A stretch of 62,179 nucleotides of DNA, the filler included. It is 5 parts of 5 records of this genome, joined end to end, with 100 filler letters (N's around TTAATTAATTAA, not from the genome) between each part and the next. Parts side by side here need not be neighbours in the genome. Positions count along the whole stretch, not along the records: positions 56,315 to 62,179 come from SRR31156797_13828; 4 more parts are not named here. The stretch is one strand, 5' to 3'. Of this stretch, positions 61,516 through 62,179 are shown one piece after another. The notes below the pieces were generated by a model. It was not told where the DNA came from. It searched no databases and saw only the letters and a list, made by a program, of their open reading frames with translations. The stretch's first letter is position 1. Each line of letters starts with the position of its first letter. The translations under genes were made by a program, and so were the position numbers.

Positions 61516-62179
61516 ATGCGCACCATCATGCGAATGACATACATGGAAGACATCCGGCTGTTTCGCTATCCCAGCACTGTCGCCTGGTACTCGATTTTGG
61601 GGGTCCTTCTCCTGATCGCGCCTTACCTGACAGGAGGGTACGGCATCTCCCTGCTGGCGCTCATCGGCATCTACACCATTGTCGCCCTGGGATTAAACCT
61701 GTTAACCGGCTTCACCGGCCTGATATCCCTGGGTCATGCCGCGCTCTTCGCCGTCGGCGCGTACACTTCCGCCATCCTGACCACAAAATACGGCATTTCC
61801 TTTTGGCTGGCCCTGCCTCTTTCCGGGCTGTCCGCCGGCGCGGTCGGAGTTATAATCGGCCTGCCCGCCCTGCGCATGAAAGGGCTGTACCTGGCCATCG
61901 CCACCATGGGCCTGGGCTTCATTGTTGAAGAACTGATCGTCATGGCCTCCTGGTTGACCAACGGCGTCAACGGCATATCCGTAACCAGGCCTTCAATCGG
62001 GTCGTTTTCATTGTCCACTGATGAAAGATACTACTATCTGATTCTGGCCATGGCCGTTATTGGAGTAGTTATAGTTAAAAACCTTTTGCGCACTCCGACC
62101 GGCCGGGCCTTGATTGCCATTCGGGACAGCGACATCGCCGCTGAATCCATGGGCATCAATCTTGCCTTTTACAAAACAG
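61516..62179 (+). CDS. livM: Branched-chain amino acid ABC permease, 3'-truncated (absent from ORF track)
   Basis: GLNLLTGFTGLISLGHAALFAVGAY, PALRMKGLYLAIAT, GRALIAIRD. Confidence 0.92.
   Translation, partial: MRTIMRMTYMEDIRLFRYPSTVAWYSILGVLLLIAPYLTGGYGISLLALIGIYTIVALGLNLLTGFTGLISLGHAALFAVGAYTSAILTTKYGISFWLALPLSGLSAGAVGVIIGLPALRMKGLYLAIATMGLGFIVEELIVMASWLTNGVNGISVTRPSIGSFSLSTDERYYYLILAMAVIGVVIVKNLLRTPTGRALIAIRDSDIAAESMGINLAFYKT

Overview
The window is five contigs joined by 100-nt N/TTAATTAATTAA linkers (30561-30660, 42489-42588, 49541-49640, 56215-56314), so gene order across linkers means nothing, and the AT-rich contig 4 may come from a different organism. Contig 1 (1-30560, Desulfobacterota-like by gene content) is a PEP-CTERM/exosortase-EPS locus. 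It holds an ExeA-type ATPase-OmpA fusion, two PrsT-like TPR proteins, a sigma54-driven PEP-CTERM gene, EPS-modifying enzymes and a degraded vanZ. Embedded in it is a candidate acyl-amino-acid/oxazolone lipid cluster: N-acyl amino acid synthase, ThiF-nitroreductase fusion, MMPL, methyltransferase, LolA-like protein and a beta-barrel. Contig 2 has malic enzyme, LysR, MoaD/ThiS, a TRAP transporter and a run of secreted proteins. Three of these end in the same 28-aa, four-cysteine dockerin-like motif (5 copies), the best candidate here for an undescribed surface-assembly or sorting system. Contig 3 has a large RTX protein with a hydrophobic N-terminal domain coupled to two upstream membrane proteins (toxin/immunity-like). 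Contig 4 has RND/TolC, radC and a split methylmalonyl-CoA mutase with meaB. Contig 5 has an ABC binding protein, an SDR, a tandem double TetR with a visible operator pair, and livH/livM. All calls come from reading motifs by eye; no searches were run.
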